A DNA stretch of 64,000 bases. Origin: Candidatus Latescibacterota bacterium (lineage in GTDB: Bacteria; Latescibacterota; UBA2968; UBA8231). The notes beneath the pieces were generated by a model that was given only the letters and a program-made list of their open reading frames with translations, had not been told where the DNA came from and searched no databases. The stretch's first letter is position 1. The number at the start of each line of letters is the position of its first letter. Positions 21,783 to 32,474 of this stretch are shown piece after piece. The translations under genes were made by a program, and so were the position numbers. Location of the stretch: the NCBI GenBank assembly GCA_964291625.2, contig OZ220089.1, positions 3,840,001 to 3,904,000 of the forward strand, in the 5' to 3' direction.

Positions 21783-22553
21783 ATGACCGTCAGCGCACGT
21801 CCCGCCGCGGCCCAGAGCCCCGACGACGCCGACCTCCAGCGGCGCCTGGGGGAGTCGGGGCCGCTGCCCCGGCACGTGGCCATCATCATGGACGGCGACC
21901 GGCGCTGGGCCAAGGAACGGGGCCTCAAGCTCACCGAGGGCCACCGCCACGGCCGCGAGTCGGTGCGCGACATCGTGCGCGCCTGCGGCCAGCTGGAGAT
22001 CGAGGTCCTCACCCTCTACACCTTCTCCAGCGAGAACTGGAACCGGCCGCGCCACGAGGTGCGCGCCCTCATGCACTGGCTCGAGGAGTCGCTGCGCCAG
22101 GAGACGCCGGAGCTGCACGACAACCGGGTGCGCCTCAACGCCGTGGGCCGTCTCGAGGGCCTGCCCGCCCGGGTCCGCAAGGCCCTCGACGACGCCCTCG
22201 CCGAGACCGCCGGCAACACCGGCCTGGTCCTCAACCTGGCCCTCAACTACGGCGGCCGCGCCGAGCTCGTCGACGCCTGCCGCGAGCTGGCCCGGCGGGT
22301 GCGCGACGGCTCTCTCGACCCCGGCGAGATCGATGAGGCGGCCCTCGGCGGGGCGCTCTACACCGGCGGCCTGCCCGACCCCGACCTGCTGATCCGCTGC
22401 AGCGGCGAGATGCGGCTGAGCAACTTCCTCCCCTGGCAGATGGTCTACACCGAGATCTGGTTCACCCCCGTGTTCTGGCCCGACTTCCGGCGCCACCACC
22501 TGTACGAGGCGATTCGCGCCTTCCAGCAGCGGCAGCGGCGCTTCGGCGTGTGA
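21783..22553 (+). CDS. uppS: Undecaprenyl diphosphate synthase
   Basis: HVAIIMDG.RRWA, YTFSSENW.RP, NYGGR, DLLIR.SGE.RLSNFL.WQ. Confidence 0.95.
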   Translation: MTVSARPAAAQSPDDADLQRRLGESGPLPRHVAIIMDGDRRWAKERGLKLTEGHRHGRESVRDIVRACGQLEIEVLTLYTFSSENWNRPRHEVRALMHWLEESLRQETPELHDNRVRLNAVGRLEGLPARVRKALDDALAETAGNTGLVLNLALNYGGRAELVDACRELARRVRDGSLDPGEIDEAALGGALYTGGLPDPDLLIRCSGEMRLSNFLPWQMVYTEIWFTPVFWPDFRRHHLYEAIRAFQQRQRRFGV

Positions 22554-22556
22554 TCG

Positions 22557-23369
22557 GTGAGCGCCGAGGACCGTTCCCTGGGGCGCCGCTCGCTGTCGGC
22601 GTGCGTCTTCGTACCCGCCGTCCTGGCGGCCCTGTGGGCGGGGGGCTGGGCCCTCTTCTCCCTGGTGGTCCTGGTCGTCGGCCGCGGCACCTGGGAGCTG
22701 CTGCACATGGCCAGCCGCGCCGGGCACCGGCCCGCCGTCGCCGCGGGTGTCGCCGTGGCCCTCGCCTGGTGCCTCTACCTGCAGGTGCGCGGCGCCGACG
22801 CGGGGCTGGTCCTGCTGCTGATGGCCGCCGTCGTCCTGGCCCTGGGCGCGGCCCTGCGCCGGGGCGTGGAGGGTTTCCTCGCCAACACCCTGATCACCCT
22901 CGGGGGGCTGCTCTACGTGGCCGTCCTGGGGGCGGCGCCGCTGCTGCTGGCGCCGCGCCTCGGGGACGAGGCGGGCTGGATGATGATCGCCCTCTTCGCC
23001 TGCATCTGGCTCACCGACACCGCCGCCTACCTGGGCGGCCGGCGATGGGGCCGGCGGCGGCTGGCGCCGACGATCAGCCCGGGCAAGACGGTGGCCGGCT
23101 TCGTCTGCGGACTCGCCGGCGGCCTGGTGCCGCTGCTGCTGTGGCCGCAACTGCCCACGTGGTCGCTGACGGAGCTGGCCGGCCTGTTCCTCCTCGTCTC
23201 CCTCGGCGGGCAGGCCGGTGACGTCGTGGAGTCGGCGATCAAGCGCGATCTCGGCGTCAAGGACGCGCCGGTCCTGATCCCCGGACACGGCGGCATGCTC
23301 GACCGCTTCGACTCCTACCTCTTCGCCTTCCCCCTCGCCTACGTCTACACCGTCGTCTTCAGGAGCTGA
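22557..23369 (+). CDS. cdsA: Phosphatidate cytidylyltransferase
   Basis: DTAAY, ISPGKT, GDVVESAIKRDLGVKD, PGHGGMLDRFDS. Confidence 0.95.
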   Translation: MSAEDRSLGRRSLSACVFVPAVLAALWAGGWALFSLVVLVVGRGTWELLHMASRAGHRPAVAAGVAVALAWCLYLQVRGADAGLVLLLMAAVVLALGAALRRGVEGFLANTLITLGGLLYVAVLGAAPLLLAPRLGDEAGWMMIALFACIWLTDTAAYLGGRRWGRRRLAPTISPGKTVAGFVCGLAGGLVPLLLWPQLPTWSLTELAGLFLLVSLGGQAGDVVESAIKRDLGVKDAPVLIPGHGGMLDRFDSYLFAFPLAYVYTVVFRS

Positions 23370-23377
23370 CTCTCCCC

Positions 23378-24703
23378 GTGCTCGGATCGATCCTCGACGT
23401 ACTCATCGGCCTCTCCTGGTTCCTCATCGCCCTCGGCGTCCTGGTCTTCGTCCACGAGCTCGGCCACTTCCTGGTGGCCAAGCGCGCCGGCATCCGCGTC
23501 GAGCGGTTCTCCCTCGGCTACCCGCCGAAGATGGTCGGCTTCACCTGGGGGGAGACGGAGTACTGCATCTCCTGGATCCCCTTCGGCGGCTACGTGAAGG
23601 TGGCGGGCATGGCCGACGTCGGCTCCGACGAAACCCGGGGCGAGCCCTGGGAGTTCCCCTCCAAGTCGCTGCCGGTGCGCATGGCGGTGATCGCCGCCGG
23701 CCCGCTGATGAACTTCGTCTTCGCCTTCGCCGTCTTCGTCGTCGTCTACGGCGGCTTCGGCATGGAGACGGTGGAGTCGACCCTCATCGATCCCGCCGAG
23801 GGCTCGGTGGCCGAGGCCGCCGGCCTGCGCCACGCCGACGTCATCCGCGCCGTCGACGGCAAGGCGGTGAGCAACGCCCACGAGCTGGTGGAGGGGCTGA
23901 AGCGGGCCTCCATCTCCGGCGCCGTGCTCTCCGTCGAGCGCGGCGGCGACCGGGTCGACGTGGAACTGCCGCCCGAGCCGGGCGGCGCCTACGGCCTGAC
24001 CGTGATGCTGCCGCCGCGGGTGGGCAGCACCGACCCCGGGACCCCGGCCGACGAGCTCGGCCTGCAGCGGGGCGACCTGATCACCGCCGTCGACGGCCAG
24101 CCGGTGGCCACCTGGTCGGCCATGCGCGAGGTGATCAGCGTCCACCCCGGCGAGGCGGTCGAGCTGCGGTGGCAGCGCGGCGGACGCGCCATGACCGCCA
24201 CCATCACCCCCGAGGAGCGCCTGGAGGGCGACAGGCCCATCGGCATCATCGGCATCCGCCACCACCAGTCGGGGTCGGTGAGCATCGGCTGGTGGCAGGC
24301 GGTGAAGATCGGCGCCTACAGCGTCTACTCGTCGTCGTCGCTGATCCTCGACTTCCTCGGCAGCATCTTCGAGGACCGGCGCTACAAGGAGCTCGGCGGC
24401 CCGATCCGCATCGCCATCATGGCCGACGACACCGCCGACATGGGGCTGCGCTACTTCCTGCAGTTCCTCGCCCTCCTCAGCGTCAACCTCGCCGTCCTCA
24501 ACCTCCTGCCCATTCCCGTCCTCGACGGCGGCCACCTCACCTTCCTCACCCTGGAGGCGATCCTGCGGCGCCCGCCCTCGGTGCGCCAGCGGGAGGTGGC
24601 CCAGCAGGTCGGCCTGGTGATCATCCTCTTCATCATGGTCATGGTCACCTTCAACGACCTCAACCAGTTCGTCCTCAACCCCGTCCTGGAACTCTTCCAG
24701 TAG
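23378..24703 (+). CDS. rseP: RIP metalloprotease RseP with two PDZ domains
   Basis: HELGH, PFGGYV, AGPLMN, NLLPIPVLDGG. Confidence 0.95.
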   Translation: MLGSILDVLIGLSWFLIALGVLVFVHELGHFLVAKRAGIRVERFSLGYPPKMVGFTWGETEYCISWIPFGGYVKVAGMADVGSDETRGEPWEFPSKSLPVRMAVIAAGPLMNFVFAFAVFVVVYGGFGMETVESTLIDPAEGSVAEAAGLRHADVIRAVDGKAVSNAHELVEGLKRASISGAVLSVERGGDRVDVELPPEPGGAYGLTVMLPPRVGSTDPGTPADELGLQRGDLITAVDGQPVATWSAMREVISVHPGEAVELRWQRGGRAMTATITPEERLEGDRPIGIIGIRHHQSGSVSIGWWQAVKIGAYSVYSSSSLILDFLGSIFEDRRYKELGGPIRIAIMADDTADMGLRYFLQFLALLSVNLAVLNLLPIPVLDGGHLTFLTLEAILRRPPSVRQREVAQQVGLVIILFIMVMVTFNDLNQFVLNPVLELFQ

Positions 24704-24719
24704 CCTCGCGGGGCCGGGT

Positions 24720-25865
24720 GTGTCCGATCGGCAGGCGCTGACCCGGTTCGCCCGCCAGGAGGCGGAGCGCCAGGGCTTCGGCCTCTTCGGGGTGACCCCG
24801 GCCGATCCCCTCGCCGGCGCCGGGTTCTACGCGCGCTGGCTGGCCCTCGGCTTCGCCGGCCGCATGTCCTGGCTCGAGCGCAACGTCGAGAGCCGGGCCG
24901 ACCCCCGGCAGCGGGTGCCGGGGGCGCGCAGCGTCATCTGCCTCGGCATGCACTACGATCCCCCCGCCGCCGCGCAGGAGCCGGAGCCGGCCCCCGGACG
25001 GCCGCGGGGCCGGATCGCGCGCTACGCCCGGGGCGACGACTACCACGGCCTGATCGAGAGCCGCCTCAAGGGCCTGTGGGAGGCGCTGCGGGTGCGCGCC
25101 GGCGCCGGCGAGGGGCGCTGGTCGGTGGACACGGCGCCGGTCCTCGAGCGCGAGCTGGCCGCCCGCGCCGGCCTCGGCTGGTGGGGCAAGAACACCTGCC
25201 TCATCAACCGCCGCGGCGGCTCGTACTTCTTCCTCGCCGAGATCGTCACCACCCTCGAGCTGACCTTCGACGAGCCGGAGGTCGACCACTGCGGCTCCTG
25301 CACCCTGTGCCTGGAGGCCTGCCCCACCGGCGCCTTCCCCGAGCCCTACGTCCTCGACGCACGGCGCTGCATCTCCTACCTGACGATCGAGCTGAAGGAG
25401 GCGATTCCGCGGGACCTGCGCGACGGCGTCGGCGACTGGGTCCTCGGCTGCGACATCTGCCAGGAGGTCTGCCCGTGGAACCGCCGCGCCGAGGCCACGG
25501 AGGAGGAGGCCTTCCACCCGCGGCCGGGGCTCGACCCGGTGGACCTCGTGGAGCTGCTGGACATGGACCGGGAGGCCTTCAACGAGCGCTTCCGCCGCAA
25601 CCCGGCCAAGCGCCCCAAGCGCCGCGGCATGCTGCGCAACGCCGCCGTCGGCCTGGGCAACGCCGGCGACCGCCGGGTGGTGCCGCACCTGGCGCGGGCC
25701 CTGGCGCGGGAGCAGGAGCCCCTGGTGCGGGCCCACGCGGCCTGGGCCCTGGGCAAGCTGGGCGGCGAGGAGGCGAGGCAGGCGCTGCGGGATGCGCGGG
25801 AGCGCGAGACCGACGCCGAGGTGCTGGAGGAGATCGAGGCGGCCCTGGCGGCGTGGGCCGCCTGA
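24720..25865 (+). CDS. queG: Epoxyqueuosine reductase with C-terminal HEAT repeats
   Basis: YARGDDYH, VDTAPVLER, CGSCTLCLEACPT, RCISYLTIE, GCDICQEVCPWN. Confidence 0.95.
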   Translation: MSDRQALTRFARQEAERQGFGLFGVTPADPLAGAGFYARWLALGFAGRMSWLERNVESRADPRQRVPGARSVICLGMHYDPPAAAQEPEPAPGRPRGRIARYARGDDYHGLIESRLKGLWEALRVRAGAGEGRWSVDTAPVLERELAARAGLGWWGKNTCLINRRGGSYFFLAEIVTTLELTFDEPEVDHCGSCTLCLEACPTGAFPEPYVLDARRCISYLTIELKEAIPRDLRDGVGDWVLGCDICQEVCPWNRRAEATEEEAFHPRPGLDPVDLVELLDMDREAFNERFRRNPAKRPKRRGMLRNAAVGLGNAGDRRVVPHLARALAREQEPLVRAHAAWALGKLGGEEARQALRDARERETDAEVLEEIEAALAAWAA

Positions 25866-25872
25866 TCCCGCG

Positions 25873-27154
25873 TCAGCTCCTCACCACCGTGTCCACTTCC
25901 GCCTCCCCCTCGGAGCGGGCGATGACGGCGGCGCCGCAGGAGTCGCTGAAGACGTTGACCACGGTGCGGTACATGTCCAGGGGCCGGTCGATGGCGAGCA
26001 TGGCCCCCACGATGAGGGCCACCTGCGGCCCCGTGAGGTTCACCGTCTCGAGGACGACGAAGATCACCACCAGGCCGGCCGAGGGCACCGCCGCGGCGCC
26101 GATGGAGGCGAGCAGGGCGGTGACCACGATCAGCGCCTGTTGCTCCAGGCCCATGGCCACCCCCATCACCTGGGCGATGAACAGCACCCCGGCGCACTGG
26201 TAGAGGGCGGTGCCGTCCATGTTGACGGTGGCCCCCATGGGCAGCACGAAGGGTCACGCGGTTGGAGACGCCGACCTTGTTCCGCACGGCGTCGATCGTC
26301 ACCGGCAGGGTCGCCCCCGAGGAGCTGGTGGAGAAGGCCATGCACATGGGCTGCACCATGTTGCGGAAGTGGGTCCGCGGATCGATGCCGCCGAGGCACC
26401 GCAGCACCAGGGGCAGGACGACGAAGAGGTGGAAGGTCAGCCCCAGGCACAGGACCAGGGCGTAGAGACCCAGGGCCTTGAAGGAGCCCGGTCCCGTGGT
26501 CCCCACGAGGGTGAGGATGAGGGAGAACACGCCGATGGGCGCCACCCAGCGGATGATCCCCGAGGTGAGGCGCATCATCGCCTGGAAGGCCGAGGCGGCG
26601 AGGTCCGCCAGGGGGTCGCGGTGGCGGGGCGGCAGGCCGGCGATGCTGAGGCCCACGAGGATGGCGAAGAAGATGATGGAGAGCATCTTCGCCTCGGAGG
26701 CGGCGTCGACGATGTTGACGGGGACGATGTCGAGGAGGAGGTCGACGGGGGAGGTCACCACCGTGAGGTCGGGGAGCTGCCGGGTCTCGGCGGCCCCGAG
26801 GTCGGCGCCGGCGCCGGGCCTGACCAGGTTGACCAGGACCAGCCCGGTGAGGACGGCGAGGAAGCTGGTGGCCAGGTAGTAGCCCAGGGTCTTGCCGAAG
26901 AGCCGCCCGAGGCCGGCGCCGCCCACCGAGGCGACGCCGGAGATGATGGAGGCCAGGACCAGCGGCACGATGACCATCTTGAGCAGCTTGATGAAGAGCT
27001 GCCCGATCCACCCCAGTTCCGCGGCCAGGGCCTCGCCCCCGGCAAGCCCGGCGAGGGTCCCCAGGACCATGGCCAGGGCCACCTGCCAGTGCAGCCGGCG
27101 GTACCAGGCCGGCGCCGCCGCCGAGGCCGCGGGGGGTGCCTCGGGGGCGGTCAA
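25873..27154 (-). CDS. Dicarboxylate/amino acid:cation symporter (DAACS, GltP-like), frameshifted near 26251
   Basis: FIKLLKMVIVPL and FSTSSSGATLP are in one frame; FVLPMGATVNMDGT and DRPLDMYRTVVNV in another; joined by +2 nt at ACC-C-TTC. Confidence 0.88.
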
Positions 27155-27915
27155 TCGTCGAGGTTGTTCAGCTGGTCGCGGAGCTCGGCGGCGCGCTCGA
27201 ACTCCTCGCGGGAGACGGCGGACTCCAGCTCCTGGCGGAGGCGCTCCTTCTCGCTGAGGGGCCGCCGCCCGGTGAGTTCCTCCACGAGCTCGTCGAGGGC
27301 CTGGATGGAGCGCTCGCGCTCGGCGTGGAACTCCTCGGCGTCGACGTCGTCGAGATTCTCGATGCTCCGGCGCGCCTTGTTCAGGCGGCCGATGGCGTCG
27401 TCGAAGTCGTCCTCCTCGACGGCGAGCATGGCGCGTGCCGTGGCGTCGATGCGCAGGATGTAGGGCCACCACTTCTCGAGGTTGTTGCGGTCGTCCTCGT
27501 GGGCGGCGTAGCGGTTGACGAAGCGGAACAGGGCCATGTTGCGCTCGGTGTCGCGCACGACGCGGTGGTACTCCTTGATCTGCAGCAGGAAGACGTAGCG
27601 CCCGTAGATGCGGGAACTCTCGTCGAAGAGCTCCTTGCAGACCTCCCGGTCGAGGTGGAAGTCCTGATCGCTGCCCCCGTGGGTGGCGCGGTGGTCCTTG
27701 AGGGCGGCGGTGTAGTGGTCGAGGGCGAAGTCGTGGTCGTGGGGCCGCCGGCCGTCGGGACGGCCGTCGAGGTTGAGCTGGAGGATGCCCTGGAAGGCGC
27801 CCTGGTCGACGCGGACCTGGATCTTGGCGACGCCGTCGGCGCCCTTGATCTTGCGCACGTTCGACTCGGGATCGTAGGCCCAGGCGTCGAGCAACCCGGT
27901 GATGTCTGCGCTCAT
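27151..27915 (-). CDS. UvrB/UvrC motif-containing protein
   Basis: C-terminal AVSREEFERAAELRDQL (UVR motif); N-terminal LQLNLDGRPDGRRP. Confidence 0.8.
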   Translation of the reverse strand: MSADITGLLDAWAYDPESNVRKIKGADGVAKIQVRVDQGAFQGILQLNLDGRPDGRRPHDHDFALDHYTAALKDHRATHGGSDQDFHLDREVCKELFDESSRIYGRYVFLLQIKEYHRVVRDTERNMALFRFVNRYAAHEDDRNNLEKWWPYILRIDATARAMLAVEEDDFDDAIGRLNKARRSIENLDDVDAEEFHAERERSIQALDELVEELTGRRPLSEKERLRQELESAVSREEFERAAELRDQLNNLDD

Positions 27916-27944
27916 GGCGGTCCGTCTCTTCCCTTGGCCGGGCT

Positions 27945-27973
27945 AGGTTACCCCGGCCCTCCGGCAGTGTCAA
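27945..27973 (-). promoter_or_regulatory. sigma70-type promoter for the UVR-motif gene and DAACS transporter
   Basis: TTGACA-N17-TAACCT on the minus strand, about 30 nt before the ATG. Confidence 0.7.
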
Positions 27974-28029
27974 TCGAGCCGCAGGCGCCCATGCCGGCCG
28001 ACCGCGGTCGGGCTGGCCGCGGTCGGCCC

Positions 28030-28091
28030 TTGACGATCAGGCGATAGGCGACATATTTGTCTTTTTGGTATTCGGCAAAGACGCTTTTGTC
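28030..28091 (+). promoter_or_regulatory. Putative sigma70 promoter of the NifA-like gene overlapped by two GACR-N4-TGTC boxes
   Basis: TTGACG-N16-CATATT; boxes GACATATTTGTC (28050-28061) and GACGCTTTTGTC (28080-28091). Confidence 0.6.
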
Positions 28092-28109
28092 CCAATTCCC
28101 AACGAGGCG

Positions 28110-29666
<1,557 letters not shown>

Positions 29667-29685
29667 GATCCAGCCCCGGGAAAGA

Positions 29686-29727
29686 GACAAATTCGTCGCA
29701 CTTGATTCTCAAAGAGACGAAATTGTT
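29686..29727 (+). promoter_or_regulatory. Putative upstream activator sequences (two boxes, 30-bp spacing)
   Basis: GACAAATTCGTC (29686-29697) and GACGAAATTGTT (29716-29727), each preceded by AAAGA. Confidence 0.7.
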
Positions 29728-29822
29728 GCTTCCTTCCTCAGGTGCAGACCCGCGCTACAAGATCCTGCAAATCGAGTAAAAACAGCCTCTTGGGAGGGGA
29801 TTCGGCGATCGTCCCCTGGTGC

Positions 29823-29838
29823 TGGCACCAAGGTTGCT
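29823..29838 (+). promoter_or_regulatory. sigma54 (-24/-12) promoter of amtB
   Basis: TGGCAC-CAAGG-TTGCT, exact match to the consensus, about 50 nt before the amtB ATG. Confidence 0.88.
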
Positions 29839-29886
29839 ACAGACCCGGGCCGACAGCCTCACACCCCCCACGGAGGAAGAACGGCC

Positions 29887-31230
29887 ATGCGCCAACACCG
29901 GCGTCTCCTGTTGCGATTGCTGCCCGCCGCCGCGGTCCTGCTCGGAGCGACCGCACCTGCCCACGGGCAGGAGATCGCGTCCATGGACGGGTTCCGGAGC
30001 ATGCCTCTGGTCTACCCCAAGTTCATGGTCGACAACCTGTGGATCCTGATCGCCGCGGCCCTCGTCTTCGTCATGCACCTGGGCTTCGCCACCCTCGAGT
30101 CGGGCCTGACGCGGCAGAAGAACACGGTGAACATCCTCTTCAAGAACGTGTTCATCATCTGCGCCGGGATCATCACCTACGCCCTCACCGGCTTCAACAC
30201 GATGTACCCCGGAGACTTCAACGGCTTCCTGGCGATCCTCGGGCCGATCGGCTTCAGCGACGAGGTGGCGAACCTGACCGCCGCCTACGCCGACTACACC
30301 TACTGGGCCGACTTCATCTTCCAGGCCATGTTCGCCGCCACCGCGGCCACCATCGTCTCCGGCGCCGTGGCCGAGCGCGTCAAGCTCAACGGGTTCATGG
30401 TCTACGCGGCGGTCCTGGTCGCCTTCTGCTACCCCGTGGCCGGCTCCTGGAAGTGGGGCGGCGGCTGGCTCGACGCCATGGGCTTCCACGACTTCGCCGG
30501 CTCGTCGATCGTCCACGCCTTCGGCGGGTTCTCGGCCCTGGCGGCGGTCCTCGTCCTCGGGTCCCGCATCGGCAAGTACACCGCCGGCGGCCAGGTGCGG
30601 CCGATCCTCGGCCACAGCATGCCATTGGCGACGATCGGCGTCTTCCTGCTGTGGCTCGGCTGGTTCGGCTTCAACGGCGGCTCCGTCCTCAGCGCCGACC
30701 CGGGCGCCGTCGCCCTGGTCTTCGTCACCACCTCGCTGGCCGCCGCCGCCGGGGGGCTGGCCTCGATCTTCACCTCCATGGCCTACCTGAAGAAGCCCGA
30801 CATCACCATGGCCCTCAACGGCATCCTGGCGGGCCTGGTGGGCATCACCGCGGGGGCCGATTCCGTCACCTGGATCGGCGCCATCCTCATCGGCCTCATC
30901 GCCGGCGTGATCGTCGTGTTCTCCATCGTCCTCATCGACCGTCTGCGCGTCGACGACCCGGTGGGCGCCATCTCCGTCCACGGCGTCTGCGGCGTCTGGG
31001 GCACCGTCGCCGTGGGCCTCTTCAGCACCAATCCCGGGCACACCGTAGGCGTCCAGATCGCCGGCACCCTGTCCTATGCCGCCTTCGCCTTCGTCGTCTC
31101 CTTCGTCCTCGCCACCGCGGTCAAGCACACCCTGGGCCTGCGCGTCAGCGCCGAGGAGGAGGACGAGGGGCTCGATCTGGGCGAGCACGGCCAGCCGGCC
31201 TACGCCGACTTCCAGTACATCGCCAACTGA
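29887..31230 (+). CDS. amtB: Ammonium transporter
   Basis: FQAMFA, SGAVAER, DFAGSSIVH, WFGFNGGS, DDPVGAISVHG, GLDLGEHG; N-terminal signal peptide. Confidence 0.96.
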   Translation: MRQHRRLLLRLLPAAAVLLGATAPAHGQEIASMDGFRSMPLVYPKFMVDNLWILIAAALVFVMHLGFATLESGLTRQKNTVNILFKNVFIICAGIITYALTGFNTMYPGDFNGFLAILGPIGFSDEVANLTAAYADYTYWADFIFQAMFAATAATIVSGAVAERVKLNGFMVYAAVLVAFCYPVAGSWKWGGGWLDAMGFHDFAGSSIVHAFGGFSALAAVLVLGSRIGKYTAGGQVRPILGHSMPLATIGVFLLWLGWFGFNGGSVLSADPGAVALVFVTTSLAAAAGGLASIFTSMAYLKKPDITMALNGILAGLVGITAGADSVTWIGAILIGLIAGVIVVFSIVLIDRLRVDDPVGAISVHGVCGVWGTVAVGLFSTNPGHTVGVQIAGTLSYAAFAFVVSFVLATAVKHTLGLRVSAEEEDEGLDLGEHGQPAYADFQYIAN

Positions 31231-31254
31231 CACAGCGACAGAGGAGAGAGAGAA

Positions 31255-31593
31255 ATGGTCAAGATCGAAGCGTATCTGCGGCCCGCGTCGCTGGAGAAGG
31301 TGCAGCAGGCGCTGGCGGAAATCGGCATCGCCGGTCTCTCGGTGCTGGAGGTCCGGGGCTTCGGCCGCCAGCGCGGACACCGCGAGGTCTACCGCGGCGC
31401 CGAATATACCCTAGACTTCGTGCCCAAGATCAAGGTGGAGGTGGCGGTCCGGGAGGTGGACCGGCAGCAGGCCGTGGACGCCATCGTCGAGGCCTCCAAG
31501 ACGGGCCAGACCGGCGACGGCAAGGTCTTCGTCGTTCCCGTGCAGGAAGCCGTCAGGGTGCGCACCGGAGAGACCGGGGACAGCGCTCTGTAG
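31255..31593 (+). CDS. glnK: Nitrogen regulatory protein PII
   Basis: GFGRQRG, YRGAEY T-loop, TGQTGDGKVFV, RVRTGE; directly follows amtB. Confidence 0.92.
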   Translation: MVKIEAYLRPASLEKVQQALAEIGIAGLSVLEVRGFGRQRGHREVYRGAEYTLDFVPKIKVEVAVREVDRQQAVDAIVEASKTGQTGDGKVFVVPVQEAVRVRTGETGDSAL

Positions 31594-31625
31594 CCCCACC
31601 CCACCGAATGGGAGGAACGGACATC

Positions 31626-32351
31626 ATGCGCATGCGTACCCTCACCCGCACCCTCGCCGCGACCGCCGCGATCGCCGCGGCGGGGTGGCCCGCCGCCGCC
31701 CCGGCGGAGATCGGCATCGGCGCCGACGTGGTCAGCCGCTACGTCTGGCGCGGCACCGACTTCGGCAACGCCGTCAGCGTGCAGCCGGGCATCGCCTTCT
31801 CCAGGGACGCCGTCGAGATCGGCGCCTGGTCCTCGTGGGCGATCAACGGCGGCGGCGCCAACGAGAACGACCTCTACGTCTCCTGGTCATCCGGTCCGGT
31901 CTCCGTCACGGTGACCGACTACTACTTCCCCGTCGGCGAGGAGGAGGAGCCCGAGGAGGCCGCCATGGAGGGCGACGAAGAGCACGCCCCCGACAGCGCG
32001 CCGCCGGGCTTCTTCGACTACTCCGACGAGGACGGGGCCCACATCCTCGAGGCCTCGGTCGGCGTGGACCTCGGCATGGCCAGCGTCATGGCAGCCTTCA
32101 ACTTCCTCGGCGACGCCGACGACTCCTTCTGGGTGGAGGCCTCCATCCCGCTGGCGGCGCTCTCCGGCGACACCGAGGTCGGCCTCACCGTGGGCGCCGG
32201 CAACGGCATCTACACCAATGACGGCGCCGCCGAGGGCGATCCGATGGTGGCGAGCGTCTCCCTGGACGTCTCCGACGGCGACTACTTCGCCTCGTTCATC
32301 CTCAACCCCGACTCGGAGACCACCTTCCTGGTCTTCGGACGCAGCTTCTGA
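31626..32351 (+). CDS. Outer-membrane beta-barrel, TorF-like putative porin
   Basis: Signal peptide, VSRYVWRG...QPG, E.DLY, TDYYFP, C-terminal Phe; GGAGG RBS. Confidence 0.75.
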   Translation: MRMRTLTRTLAATAAIAAAGWPAAAPAEIGIGADVVSRYVWRGTDFGNAVSVQPGIAFSRDAVEIGAWSSWAINGGGANENDLYVSWSSGPVSVTVTDYYFPVGEEEEPEEAAMEGDEEHAPDSAPPGFFDYSDEDGAHILEASVGVDLGMASVMAAFNFLGDADDSFWVEASIPLAALSGDTEVGLTVGAGNGIYTNDGAAEGDPMVASVSLDVSDGDYFASFILNPDSETTFLVFGRSF

Positions 32352-32474
32352 GGACCCGGCTCTCCCCGGGTGGGCGGCGCCGCTCCAGGTGGCCCGCCCG
32401 GGGATCAGGCCCTATCATTTTCCGGTTCCCCGCGAAACACACCCTTCCGCTCAATCCCCTGCAGGAGGACAGGA

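Noticed and set aside
29742-32351. 869-aa ORF as a single gene
   Set aside because: The upstream part overlaps amtB and PII; the real gene starts at 31626 with its own RBS and signal peptide
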